Source: a bacterium
Lineage (GTDB): Bacteria > Zhuqueibacterota > Zhuqueibacteria > Residuimicrobiales > Krinioviventaceae
Direction of reading: 5' to 3'
NCBI GenBank assembly: GCA_963674595.2
Contig: CAXXFV010000027.1
Location: 320,001-384,000 of the forward strand
DNA length: 64,000 nt
The notes under the pieces are model-generated. The model made no database searches. It saw nothing but the letters and a program-made list of their open reading frames with translations, and was not told the origin of the DNA. The position numbers and the translations under genes are program-made. Below are positions 39,833 through 49,998 of the stretch, one piece after another (the stretch's first letter is position 1; each line of letters opens with the position of its first letter).

Positions 39833-40025
39833 TTTGGGGTCCTTGTGATTTTTATGCTCTAAAGGCAACGTTTAAACAATAAATCTTTTCATACTTGATA
39901 TTAAAATGAATCAAAAAGACAATGAGTTCGTTTGTTCATTTCGACTGATTTGATATCCGAGCTTTTCAAAACGGATTCGTTTCATAAACGGTTTTTCGTT
40001 CACAAATAATCAGGTCTAAAATAAT

Positions 40026-40060
40026 TCTCCTGCCTAAAACAAAGCGTAATAGACAGGAGA
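40026..40060 (-). terminator. Hairpin downstream of the metallophosphoesterase gene
   Basis: TCTCCTGCCTA...TAGACAGGAGA, 10 of 11 matching (the mismatch is a G-U pair on the minus strand), followed by an AT-rich tract. Confidence 0.45.
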
Positions 40061-40155
40061 CAATATAATAATAAAACAAAGTATAAAAAGAAAGCTGATA
40101 AACCTTTTAAAAATGATATATTTTTATAAAAAATTCATCAGATTACATGCCAACA

Positions 40156-41148
40156 TCAATCACTAACATCAACCAGGTCTTTAATATAAATCTCACCACC
40201 TTTAAGCGGTAATCTAATAAACTTGGCTCCGGGAGGCCAATGACGATGGTAACAGGTTTCACCACTGACATGACCATAAGCCAGTATAATACCTCCCTTG
40301 TACTTTCCATAATAATTGTTATCATGATCATGTCCGCAAAAGCAGGCTTTTATATTACCCTGTTCAACAAACGCATCATAAACGCTTCCATTATCTTCTT
40401 CAAAACACACATTTTCATGAAATTCACCCTGTTTTTCAAATGTGTCGTCCTCCCACAGCCATTTATATTGAATAAAAGGAATGTGGAAAATCGAAATGGC
40501 CGGTACAATACGCTTATTCTCAGCTTTACTGGCCTCAGATTTTTGTTTGTACCAGTTCACCTGGTCCTCTTTTATCGACTTGTTGCCGGGTTCTGATCCT
40601 GAATCAAAAGCATAAACTTGCCACAATGGTTGTTTTTCTCCTGCCAGTTCCAAATCCACTTTATAATCATATTTTACAGAGTCGCCGCCGGTTTTATGGT
40701 ATCCCAGGATTCCCCATTCGGAATCAACAAAGACCTGATGAATAACGTCTCGACCGTATTTTTCAGGACAATGGTTACCATACTCATACAGCCAGGGTCG
40801 CTCCATGTCATCAAAAGATTGAGCTGCAAACATGAACAAATTTTCTTTGCTCTCTTTTTGATTACCGGTGAACATATCACCAGTTACAACAATAAAATCA
40901 GGGTCATACTGTTTGACGTACATTTTAATTCGTCTTATAACACTAAAATCGCTTTCCCATCGTCCGGGATTACCAAGGTGTAAATCCGTAACCTGTAAAA
41001 TTCTTATAGAATCATTTTTCAATTCACTAAAGATAATTTCATATTCGTCACTTTTATTCTTTTTAATACTCGTTTCAGCGAAAACAATACGATTAAAAAA
41101 GATAAATAACATAATCAGATAAAAAAAGCTAATCCTTCCGGTTTTCAT
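40156..41148 (-). CDS. Secreted calcineurin-like metallophosphoesterase (Dcr2/PAP29-like)
   Basis: TDLHLG, TGDM, GNH, FHIP, CGHDHDN motifs; signal peptide. Confidence 0.88.
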   Translation of the reverse strand: MKTGRISFFYLIMLFIFFNRIVFAETSIKKNKSDEYEIIFSELKNDSIRILQVTDLHLGNPGRWESDFSVIRRIKMYVKQYDPDFIVVTGDMFTGNQKESKENLFMFAAQSFDDMERPWLYEYGNHCPEKYGRDVIHQVFVDSEWGILGYHKTGGDSVKYDYKVDLELAGEKQPLWQVYAFDSGSEPGNKSIKEDQVNWYKQKSEASKAENKRIVPAISIFHIPFIQYKWLWEDDTFEKQGEFHENVCFEEDNGSVYDAFVEQGNIKACFCGHDHDNNYYGKYKGGIILAYGHVSGETCYHRHWPPGAKFIRLPLKGGEIYIKDLVDVSD

Positions 41149-41207
41149 TAAATCAATCCTTTGTTTTTTAATGATTGTAGATATAAATGTTAGTTTAAAT
41201 GTCAGTT

Positions 41208-43313
41208 CTATTCACTTTTATTTAACCGTGCCAGGCCGGGTGGAACTGCTTCCAGTTTCCAGCCTTTCGGTAAATTCACAACAAACGGAGTTTGGGGTGT
41301 TTCTGTACTAATAACTTTAACAACCCCGTCAGCAGCCGTTAAATTTATGATGTGTTTATGTAGTTTTATGCGTGTAACTGTCAGTTCCGGCCAGTCAGCA
41401 GGTAGTTTTGGATCAACTGAAAATCCATCAACCGTTGGATTAAATCCCATAAATCCATAAAGCATGGTCTGGGGAACAAGAATGCATTCAAAAAACTCTT
41501 TATCAAGTCCCAAACCTCCGGGAACATTGCCGCCCTGCAAAGTTCCACGGGATGCATCTTTATAATATTCACGGTATCCTCCGGCTGCCTGGGTTTCATC
41601 AAACCAGACAAGTATCTCTTGCAGCCGTTTCCAGGTATCATCCGGGCCATCGACCAAAACACGACACATTAAATCGTGATAGGAAAAACCGAAAACAGCG
41701 CCGCCGTCCTGCACCTGATTTCCCCAGGGAATGTTTTCAGGTTCAGACCAGCTCCAAACATAATAATCGAGATTACGTTTGGTTGTTGATCTCGGTCCAA
41801 AACGCCAATGATAAATGTCCTCTTTAACAGAAGTATCACCATTTACAACACGGCGGCCTGAAATCCAGTCCCGAATAAGGCGTTCCTGTTCGGGAGTGCA
41901 AAAATTATAATAAACAGCTTCATTATTTAAAAACGTAAATCCATAATCATGAAATTGCCCGTCAAGGTCCACCGCTCCCAAGCGACCGGTTTCATTGTTC
42001 CAAAACCGTTGTGAGCCATAATTCTTGACCTGGATTGCATGTTCACGCAAATCAGCAGGATCAAACATGTTAGCGCTGCTATTTATGCACCACTGCGGAT
42101 GCTTTGTAATTTGCTCTTCAAGTTCGGCGAGATTAAGCAGTGCATCATAATAATAAATGCTTGCCAACGGATCTTCGCCGCCAAAAGGCATCAAATCCCA
42201 ATAATTACTTCCTATACCCTCTCCGGGGAGAATAATCTTTTTTCCATCAGATGTTATCCGGACACCGCTGCGTCCTTCATGACCGGGCCAGGTGGTATAA
42301 ACACATTTGCGTTCACGTGTATCAAACTCGTTCATAATAAACCGCATGGCCGTACGCATTCGTTCCATTTGACTGCGTAAAAAATCGATATTATGTGTCC
42401 ACATAAAGTAATCATGGCAACCACGGATAAAGTTCGAATTATTGATATTATGCCGTGATTCGCACGCCGTGTGAAACGATTTAATAATAACACGGGCCTT
42501 TCCTGTATTGGCAAAACAGATACGTATACGTGTTATGGTATCTTTCCAGCCCGGAATTTTGTAAACAGGGACCATTTCACGATTTTCAATATTTTCAATA
42601 CGAATTGTTTTAGACCCCATGGGCAGAGCGGCATATTCTTTTCCATCAGAGACAGCCGGAGAAAAATAAGCCCGGTTTTCCGGCAGAAATTCCGGTTGAT
42701 TATTAGTCGTCCATTCCAAATAGCAATCTGCCTGTTTTAGACCTGTTGCCCACCAGTTTAACCGCAGCCACGGTGAAACATGGCAATCAACAAAAAATTC
42801 AGGAGTTGTTATCACCGCATCCGGTTCCATGAGTTCTATAACCCATCCCTGATCATTGATCTCAACAGAACGGCCGCCGACAATTTCCCATCCGTCCGGT
42901 TTAACAAGCGGCGCCTCATAACCGGGTACTCCAACGGGAGCAAAATGCCAGCCGACACCACCTGCCTGGGTCCAGAGTGGAAACGGCCAGCCTTCGCTGT
43001 GAGCAAGGCCATCGTGCTGTTGAGTATGTACATACCCGTCAGAACCAATAATTCGCTCAGCAAAGGCATCAGACCACATTTGGTCCATATTTTTACCGGT
43101 GGCCGGCCATAGTGTGGACATGGGCATCCACTCATCCCATAAGGCAATCAACGGTTTGGCCGGTTCGTAATATAGCCAATACATTGCGCGTAAAGATTTC
43201 ATTTCATGCTCATAACCAGGAACAATAAAAGAAGGAAAATCTTTGGGAATCGGTGATGAAAATGCTACAGCCCCCATACACAAAAACATAAAAAATGTTC
43301 TAACTATGGACAT
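41208..43313 (-). CDS. Secreted six-hairpin glycosidase-like protein with GH65-like C-terminal domain
   Basis: Signal peptide; DYFMWT...FL, GSNYWD, QVQDGGA, GLDKEF, GFMGFNPT...DPKLPADW. Confidence 0.6.
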   Translation of the reverse strand: MSIVRTFFMFLCMGAVAFSSPIPKDFPSFIVPGYEHEMKSLRAMYWLYYEPAKPLIALWDEWMPMSTLWPATGKNMDQMWSDAFAERIIGSDGYVHTQQHDGLAHSEGWPFPLWTQAGGVGWHFAPVGVPGYEAPLVKPDGWEIVGGRSVEINDQGWVIELMEPDAVITTPEFFVDCHVSPWLRLNWWATGLKQADCYLEWTTNNQPEFLPENRAYFSPAVSDGKEYAALPMGSKTIRIENIENREMVPVYKIPGWKDTITRIRICFANTGKARVIIKSFHTACESRHNINNSNFIRGCHDYFMWTHNIDFLRSQMERMRTAMRFIMNEFDTRERKCVYTTWPGHEGRSGVRITSDGKKIILPGEGIGSNYWDLMPFGGEDPLASIYYYDALLNLAELEEQITKHPQWCINSSANMFDPADLREHAIQVKNYGSQRFWNNETGRLGAVDLDGQFHDYGFTFLNNEAVYYNFCTPEQERLIRDWISGRRVVNGDTSVKEDIYHWRFGPRSTTKRNLDYYVWSWSEPENIPWGNQVQDGGAVFGFSYHDLMCRVLVDGPDDTWKRLQEILVWFDETQAAGGYREYYKDASRGTLQGGNVPGGLGLDKEFFECILVPQTMLYGFMGFNPTVDGFSVDPKLPADWPELTVTRIKLHKHIINLTAADGVVKVISTETPQTPFVVNLPKGWKLEAVPPGLARLNKSE

Positions 43314-43435
43314 TTTATCCTCCGGTTACTTTTTACACAATAATTTATATAAAAATTAAAAAAACGTCTTTTTGCCACAAAAATTTTCCTTAAAATTCAT
43401 CTTTACATAAAGATATGTTCTTGCCTATTGACCTG

Positions 43436-45562
43436 TCAATCTTGTTTCTTATATTTGATCAAAGCCGAGCCTGGTTGTTTGGTAATGCTGACCAACAGCC
43501 CTGTTTCGACAAGCTCTTTTCCTAAAATCTTATCCTGTTTACCGGTATCAACATCCGTTACAACATACTGTGCATCCGGCTGCAAACCGGTTAATTGCAA
43601 ACGGGATGATTCATAAACACTGTTTTCCCTGCGAAAAGCCTGAATCATTCCTTCTCCTTTTTCAGGCAGATCAAACTGCCAGGCAAGCCAGGCCGTGTTT
43701 TCCTGACTATAGGGCGTCAGCGGATAATAATCACCGTAATAATATTTCTGAACATCAGCATATTGTTTTAAAACATCTTTGGTTTCCTGGGATTTATCGC
43801 CTTGATTGGGGTCCCATAATTGAACACTCAGTCCCGCTGTCATAATACTGCGAATTTCATATTCATTGCCCTTTGCCAGCATGGCACTTCGTCCGGCAGT
43901 ATGTAAAGGCACCCAATGGAACAGACCAAAGCTATGGCATTGCGCATGAATAGCGCTTCGTCCCCAGTCAGTACGGTGCAGGGGAACACTTCGTCCGATT
44001 GTTTCCAGATCAATCCGCCTGCCGCCGCTGGCGCAATTGTCTATTTGTAAATGCGGAAAACGTGCCAACAAGTCATCCCAAAATTTATAGAGACCTTCAA
44101 TATAACGAATTTCCGTCATACCCTGCCGATCAATCTCATCCGCTTCATGCCAGTATTCTATCGGAGCGATGTTGGCATCTTCACGATACCAGTCCAGGCC
44201 CCATTCGTTAATTTTTTGAGAAAGAAAATCGGTTAAAAACTTCCGTGCATCGTCATTTCCCAGGTTTAACAGCAGTTCATGTTCGGTCATTTGACTGCGA
44301 CGACTTTCGCAATGAATCCATTGCGGATCATCATGAGGGACCGGCCAGTCCGTACCTGTTCGCCACTGCTGATAACGTTCCATTGCGTTATTCAGTTCCA
44401 AAGTCCATCCCTCTTTATTCTTGAACTGATACCAGGGTGTTCCTTTACATATTCTGAATAGTTCAAACCAGAGTAAAAAATCCCGATCTGACTTGTGCAG
44501 CTTTTGTGTGAAAGGTTGAAATTCCTGTGGATATAAATTATGTTTTACCTGCCAATCTCCGGCTTGTGATCTCCATTCACTTTTTCCGAACCATTCAGCA
44601 TCAATCCAGTAAAGCTGAACAGGGATGTCGTAATCAATAATTTTATTAATGTGTTTAAAGTGCTCTTCAGCGGTCCAGCCTCCCCATGTTGCCAAAATAA
44701 CCGGCAATGTCATGGGCTTGCCATTAACCTGCGGGCGGTGATGCGTTAAAATAAACCGACGTAACAGATTATTTCCGCGCAGCCATTGTCGCTCCGGTGC
44801 AACTGTAGAGTTCCCCTGCCAAAACATAAGTAAAATTCTGGGCGTGCGTATTTCCTCACCAGGGTGCAGTTTTAAATGCGTTAATGCCATACCCGATTGC
44901 ATAAATACGTTGTCTTTGACACTACGCTTAAAGTTTGCCGCCCACTCGCCTGTCCAGCCGACTCCTAAAATCGTACCTTTTGAACCCATATCAATGTTAA
45001 AAAACGGTAAAATTTCACTTGAAGAACGACCGCCACCGGGTTGAAGATGAATATTGGTATTTGTCTCCAGTTTTTTCTCAACCGGTTCATAATCCTGGAT
45101 ACAGCACAAAGCCCCCTTTGAATAATGCAAAACCGGGGTTGTTTCAGCTACAATCAGACTGTCACTCAACGGCATAATGTTATCAATAATCGGCGTATCT
45201 TTTTTACCGGTATTTTTCAAATGCAAAACCCATTCAATAGCCGGAAAATCACGGTAGATAGTCGCTTCGACAGTCACCTTGAGTCCCGATTGCGAATCTG
45301 TAAATGAAATTGTTTTTAACGTCCGATTTTCATCCAGCTTACGGGAGTCAGCTCTCTTTTTCCAATTACCAATAATGTCAGAAGAGTATTGACCGTTCAA
45401 GATAAAAGAAAACGGCATTTCAGAAACATCGGTTCCCAAATTTTCTTCAACCCAGTTCTCAAGTTGGATCATCTCTTCAGGAGAAGCCGTAACCGCCCAC
45501 ACAGCTTTAGATGTAACACAAAGCATTGATAAAACAAACAATAAAACTAATTTTTTTTTCAT
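43436..45562 (-). CDS. GH36 alpha-galactosidase-like glycoside hydrolase
   Basis: GRSS, GWTGEW, YWIDAEWF, GDW, LLWFE, DWYRED, IDNCASGGRRID, GDYYPL. Confidence 0.88.
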   Translation of the reverse strand: MKKKLVLLFVLSMLCVTSKAVWAVTASPEEMIQLENWVEENLGTDVSEMPFSFILNGQYSSDIIGNWKKRADSRKLDENRTLKTISFTDSQSGLKVTVEATIYRDFPAIEWVLHLKNTGKKDTPIIDNIMPLSDSLIVAETTPVLHYSKGALCCIQDYEPVEKKLETNTNIHLQPGGGRSSSEILPFFNIDMGSKGTILGVGWTGEWAANFKRSVKDNVFMQSGMALTHLKLHPGEEIRTPRILLMFWQGNSTVAPERQWLRGNNLLRRFILTHHRPQVNGKPMTLPVILATWGGWTAEEHFKHINKIIDYDIPVQLYWIDAEWFGKSEWRSQAGDWQVKHNLYPQEFQPFTQKLHKSDRDFLLWFELFRICKGTPWYQFKNKEGWTLELNNAMERYQQWRTGTDWPVPHDDPQWIHCESRRSQMTEHELLLNLGNDDARKFLTDFLSQKINEWGLDWYREDANIAPIEYWHEADEIDRQGMTEIRYIEGLYKFWDDLLARFPHLQIDNCASGGRRIDLETIGRSVPLHRTDWGRSAIHAQCHSFGLFHWVPLHTAGRSAMLAKGNEYEIRSIMTAGLSVQLWDPNQGDKSQETKDVLKQYADVQKYYYGDYYPLTPYSQENTAWLAWQFDLPEKGEGMIQAFRRENSVYESSRLQLTGLQPDAQYVVTDVDTGKQDKILGKELVETGLLVSITKQPGSALIKYKKQD

Positions 45563-45576
45563 TGTTCCGTATCTCC

Positions 45577-45596
45577 TTTGTATATCGATTTACAAA
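45577..45596. promoter_or_regulatory. Candidate LacI-family operator upstream of GH36
   Basis: Near-perfect 20-bp palindrome TTTGTATATCGATTTACAAA with central CG, abutting the AGGAG SD of 43436..45562. Confidence 0.55.
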
Positions 45597-45675
45597 ATTT
45601 TAATTTTTAAAAATATGCAATAGTCTAAACGTTATATAATATAATATATTACACAATTTCACTTGAAACAGGATA

Positions 45676-47685
45676 CTATTTCACCAAAACCATTTTCCTC
45701 ATTTGAACATCTGATCCGGCTTTAATACGGTAAAAGTAAACACCGCTGGGAAATTGGGCCGCGTTCCAGTTAATTTGATACTCACCGGCATTTTGAGCTT
45801 TATCCAATAAAACAGCAACCTGACGACCCAAGAGATCATATATTGTCAGGTTTACCGGACCGGAAGCGGCAAGACTGTATTGGATTGTTGTATTTGGATT
45901 AAAAGGATTCGGATAATTTTGTTGTAATGCAAACCCATGAATCAGGCTATTTTCCTTAGTAACTGACGTCAGTGTTGAAAAATCAATCTCTTCAACATAT
46001 TGGGGAATATATCCGCTGACACCATCCTGATCCTCAGCCTGAATCATAATATCATAAACAGAGGAATAATCCTGTAATGGTAATGACAGCGAAAAAGAGC
46101 CCTGATTTCTTTTCATTGAAAATTTACTATACTCAGAATTATTGGTTTCTTTAATGAAAAAATCAACAATTCCGTTCTTATTAATGTCACCGGACAGCGG
46201 CAATTGAAAACGGACAGAGTCGGTTTCCTTAATTGTATTGAGTTTGTGCAGCGTTAACTCATTGGAATAAAGATTTTGAAAAGCATAGGTTAAAACATTG
46301 GTCGAATTTTCAATTGACTGATCTACCGGGAAATTTGGTTTGTGACTTATATAATTAACATCCTCATCAAAAAAATAAATTTTTGCCAAATCAACATTAA
46401 TTATAGTTCCATCATTTCCGTTAGAAGTTATTTTCAGTGAATCGATCGTGCCCAGATCAATAAAATCCGGCATAACAACGGATTGCCAATGTTCACCATT
46501 TCCGGCAGTTACCTGCCTGCCATACCATTTTTCATCGTCTTTTAATTTAACATAAAAGCCTAAATTTCGTCCCGTATTATTTGAAACAGAATAATTAAAA
46601 AACAAATGATATACCGGATCAGTAAATTCAAAACTATCAGGATCATGATGATAGCCGCTATCAAAAACACGGGGTGAATTCTCATGTCGTCCGGCATAAC
46701 AGTACATTCCATAATCCCTGCGAATTTCTTTAATCCATATTTCCATTATTTCCGGATGAGAGTCATAAAAAGAATGATATTCAGAACTTATAAATGGTAG
46801 AATAAACTGCGGATACCTGTTTTTCTCCTCACCTATACCAAATCCATAGGAAAAATTATTATTTGAACTCCCTACTTTGATTGTTGGATGATAATTTCTC
46901 AATGCACGACTATAATTACGTTTATGATGCCCGGTACCCTGATAATACTTTTCAATAAATTTCAAACTATCATCAGAAACATCAATCGTAACATCCCAAT
47001 ACCATTCCACATCCAATGAACTGGCGCGGTCACTCCAAAATTGCTCATAGTCCTGATTTGCTACCGGTTGCCCCATATGTCCGGTATCGTGGGAAAAAAT
47101 AATATTGTTGTAATAGCGCCGAACAGGAGTATTCTCAGGCTGTTGATAATAAACAACAAGAGGGATATCATCTTTGGAATATATCTTGTACGTGTTTAAA
47201 TAGGGCATCAATAAACACGGATAAAAATACGGATTATCCGGTTTTACCAATGCTATTTTTATAGAATCTATTCTAACGAATTCAGCGTCTGGTGAAGATT
47301 TTTCTTTATTAAAAATAATGTCTATATAGTGCTCGCCGGCGCCAAGTTCCCATAAATAACGCGGATATTCATACTTTTTTCTTCCCATAAATGTGATTAC
47401 GACCTGTCGTGTAAACTCAATATCATCTACACAAAAATCACACACAGCGCTTTCGTTATTATATTCCTGCCAGTCCGTATCAGATGACATAACAAATCCA
47501 GCCAATACAGCGCCACTATCCGGGATTGAAAAATAAAATCTCATGGAATCGTCTTCTGCTGTCAATTTTTCACCGACATAATAAGAAACAAACTCCTGAT
47601 TATAATAATCTGCATAGGTATATCCGGCAGCAAAAAATAAAATCAGAGTCATAATACCATAAACTCGATATGTAATATGTTTCAT
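45676..47685 (-). CDS. Secreted protein of unknown function with T9SS-type C-terminal sorting domain
   Basis: Signal peptide; C-terminal FALQQNYPNPFNPNT...SGVYFYRI...KMVLVK; core unrecognised. Confidence 0.75.
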   Translation of the reverse strand: MKHITYRVYGIMTLILFFAAGYTYADYYNQEFVSYYVGEKLTAEDDSMRFYFSIPDSGAVLAGFVMSSDTDWQEYNNESAVCDFCVDDIEFTRQVVITFMGRKKYEYPRYLWELGAGEHYIDIIFNKEKSSPDAEFVRIDSIKIALVKPDNPYFYPCLLMPYLNTYKIYSKDDIPLVVYYQQPENTPVRRYYNNIIFSHDTGHMGQPVANQDYEQFWSDRASSLDVEWYWDVTIDVSDDSLKFIEKYYQGTGHHKRNYSRALRNYHPTIKVGSSNNNFSYGFGIGEEKNRYPQFILPFISSEYHSFYDSHPEIMEIWIKEIRRDYGMYCYAGRHENSPRVFDSGYHHDPDSFEFTDPVYHLFFNYSVSNNTGRNLGFYVKLKDDEKWYGRQVTAGNGEHWQSVVMPDFIDLGTIDSLKITSNGNDGTIINVDLAKIYFFDEDVNYISHKPNFPVDQSIENSTNVLTYAFQNLYSNELTLHKLNTIKETDSVRFQLPLSGDINKNGIVDFFIKETNNSEYSKFSMKRNQGSFSLSLPLQDYSSVYDIMIQAEDQDGVSGYIPQYVEEIDFSTLTSVTKENSLIHGFALQQNYPNPFNPNTTIQYSLAASGPVNLTIYDLLGRQVAVLLDKAQNAGEYQINWNAAQFPSGVYFYRIKAGSDVQMRKMVLVK

Positions 47686-47699
47686 TTTTTTCTTCCTTG

Positions 47700-47944
47700 T
47701 TATTTTACCAATACCATTTTCCGTGTCTGAACTTTTGAACCGGCTTTAAGTCTATAAATATATACACCGCTTGGGAACCGAGCAGCGTTCCAGTCAAGCT
47801 GAAATTCGCCGGCCTTTTGATTTTTATCGACGAGAACAGCCACCTGACGGCCTAATAAATCATAAACTGTCAGGTTTACATGCCCTGCACGGGACAAGCT
47901 GTAATTGATTTTCGTTACCGGATTGAATGGATTGGGATAGTTTT
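47700..47944 (-). repeat. Sorting-domain coding repeat, highly similar to 49999..50243 and related to 45676..45925
   Basis: Shared DNA tracts such as ccaataccattttccgtgtctgaacttttgaacc and cagtcaagctgaaattcgccggc; 6 aa differences in ~81 by manual count. Confidence 0.8.
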
Positions 47945-49982
47945 GCTCTAAATCAAAAGCAAGGGGGATACTTGTCTTGGTGGAATTTTTAACATCGGTC
48001 GTCTGACCAACTTTGAACAAAGTTCCTCCACCTGGCAAAAAATCAAAAACAAATGTTGATCCTTCGACAGAATTTTCAATTTGAATATCCTGCCACTGTC
48101 CTGTTACAACATTAAAATATGCAGCACTTTCTACGTTTCGGTTCAATATAACCTGAAGTGATTTGTCTTCATCATAATTTCTGTTCATTAGCATAAAATA
48201 TTCTTGCTCTTCTTTATCCTTAAAAAATCCAACCATAAACGGACTTTCGGGTGTGATTGATTTAAGCAAACATTGGTCTGGTAAAATTTTACAGCCAAGC
48301 GGCACCTGACTCAGATGATACGTTCCTGTAGATGTTAAATTCATTAAAACAGGTCCCAAAGCTCTGATCTCAGAATTTAGACTTTGGATAGCGGCATAGG
48401 CTTCTTCCTTTTCAGGTGATGTCATAATACCATAAGAACCCGCCCATGCAAAATAGGTAATCCCCCTGGTTCCATAAGCCAAAGAAGAATAAACCAGCCA
48501 TCGATATTCATTTTTATTCAGTTTTCGCCATACATCGGGTCTAACCTGGCTATTAATTGCCTGAATGATAATACAAAAGGGAACATCGTATAAAAGTGCA
48601 TATTTTCTTATAATTTCAAGGTTCATAAAATAATCAATTCCATCCGGCGGAGTGACAAAGAAATTATAATGATCATAAGACAAAACTTCAGGTTTTACAA
48701 TTTCCATAAACTGTTTCACATGTTCATCATAACCCGATGTACCTAATTGTTCGTTGCTGGCATACGTGGGAAAAAGATTAATAAAGGAGACCCGTTCAGG
48801 ATCACGTTTTCGGATATAGGAAACAACCTTGCCGAGATTTTCAAAAGCTTTGGCATTTGGTTCATCAACAACGTGATGACCTATAATGTGATCAATATCT
48901 TTAAATTCATTTAAAACAGGATCCAAAACACTTAAATCTTCGTCCATTATTGGTTCAGGAACTAAATTATCTCTGGCGGCAAAATCTCCGGGTATTTTTG
49001 AATAAATATTTAAAAAACAATCCATTCCATAATTTTTTACAAAGTCTACCTGAGACAGATCAGTATTCACACGGTTAATAGTATTAAAATTTGCAGCATA
49101 ATACTCATCATAATCTTCGGTTGTTTGTGCAGGAGCACTCCACGCAGAGATAATAAAAGAATCCTGTTTCCAATACAAATCAGTAAAATCAGCTTTAATA
49201 ATAGCGTCTGTTGTGTCTGAGGTGTCGGAAAAAATATTTAGATTAATTTCAAGTTCTCCAGTGACCGGACAAGCAATCGTCCACATTAAAGAATCTACGT
49301 TGTTAATTTCAAGATTATTTTTTGTTGTTATAGATGTACCGGACGTTAAATCTATTTCATCAGGTAATGATAATACAGCTTTATAATTTTCAATTAACTT
49401 ATCGCCGCTATTTGTAATAACCGCTAAAAGAGGAACAGTATCATCCGTTTTAAAAACAGTCCGCAAAGGTTTAAATTCTACATTAAATCGTTCTCCCATG
49501 GAGACAATCCGGATATAGTCTATATGAAATGTGATACCGGGTGCGCTCGTAAAACTTAGTTTGGTGAAACAAGTAATTTGACTCGTCCATTTTTCATTAT
49601 TGACAACCGGAATTTTATACTCATGAAACAAGCTGTCTCCAGCCATTACAAACTGCATGGAACCGGAGGTTCCGGCATCATTGTCCCAATAAATTTTACC
49701 TGTCTTGACACCATTTGCCTTAATCCGAATAAAGACATAGCCATAATCAACGGCGCTAATAGAAAAATCAGGCCCTTTTAGAGCCGGATTATAACCATTG
49801 ACGGTTGCATCGAGTGTACTGTCGGAAACAGATACATCAGCAAGTGAACGATTTATCTGCCACCCTTCAGTGTCCCCAGCCGTATTAAAATCCCAACCCA
49901 TACCAATTTCCTGAGCAAAACCATTTAATCCAGCAAAAAATAAAAGATAAACCATTACAAACATTTTCAGATAATTCATCAT
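47700..49982 (-). CDS. Secreted putative TIM-barrel glycoside hydrolase with CBM-like and Ig domains and T9SS-type sorting domain
   Basis: WDFNTAGDTEGW module; IIGHHVVDEPN, LSYDHY, YSSLAYGTRGITYF (clan GH-A-like); QNYPNPFNP C-terminal domain. Confidence 0.7.
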   Translation of the reverse strand: MMNYLKMFVMVYLLFFAGLNGFAQEIGMGWDFNTAGDTEGWQINRSLADVSVSDSTLDATVNGYNPALKGPDFSISAVDYGYVFIRIKANGVKTGKIYWDNDAGTSGSMQFVMAGDSLFHEYKIPVVNNEKWTSQITCFTKLSFTSAPGITFHIDYIRIVSMGERFNVEFKPLRTVFKTDDTVPLLAVITNSGDKLIENYKAVLSLPDEIDLTSGTSITTKNNLEINNVDSLMWTIACPVTGELEINLNIFSDTSDTTDAIIKADFTDLYWKQDSFIISAWSAPAQTTEDYDEYYAANFNTINRVNTDLSQVDFVKNYGMDCFLNIYSKIPGDFAARDNLVPEPIMDEDLSVLDPVLNEFKDIDHIIGHHVVDEPNAKAFENLGKVVSYIRKRDPERVSFINLFPTYASNEQLGTSGYDEHVKQFMEIVKPEVLSYDHYNFFVTPPDGIDYFMNLEIIRKYALLYDVPFCIIIQAINSQVRPDVWRKLNKNEYRWLVYSSLAYGTRGITYFAWAGSYGIMTSPEKEEAYAAIQSLNSEIRALGPVLMNLTSTGTYHLSQVPLGCKILPDQCLLKSITPESPFMVGFFKDKEEQEYFMLMNRNYDEDKSLQVILNRNVESAAYFNVVTGQWQDIQIENSVEGSTFVFDFLPGGGTLFKVGQTTDVKNSTKTSIPLAFDLEQNYPNPFNPVTKINYSLSRAGHVNLTVYDLLGRQVAVLVDKNQKAGEFQLDWNAARFPSGVYIYRLKAGSKVQTRKMVLVK

Positions 49983-49998
49983 ACTCTCCATTAAATAA

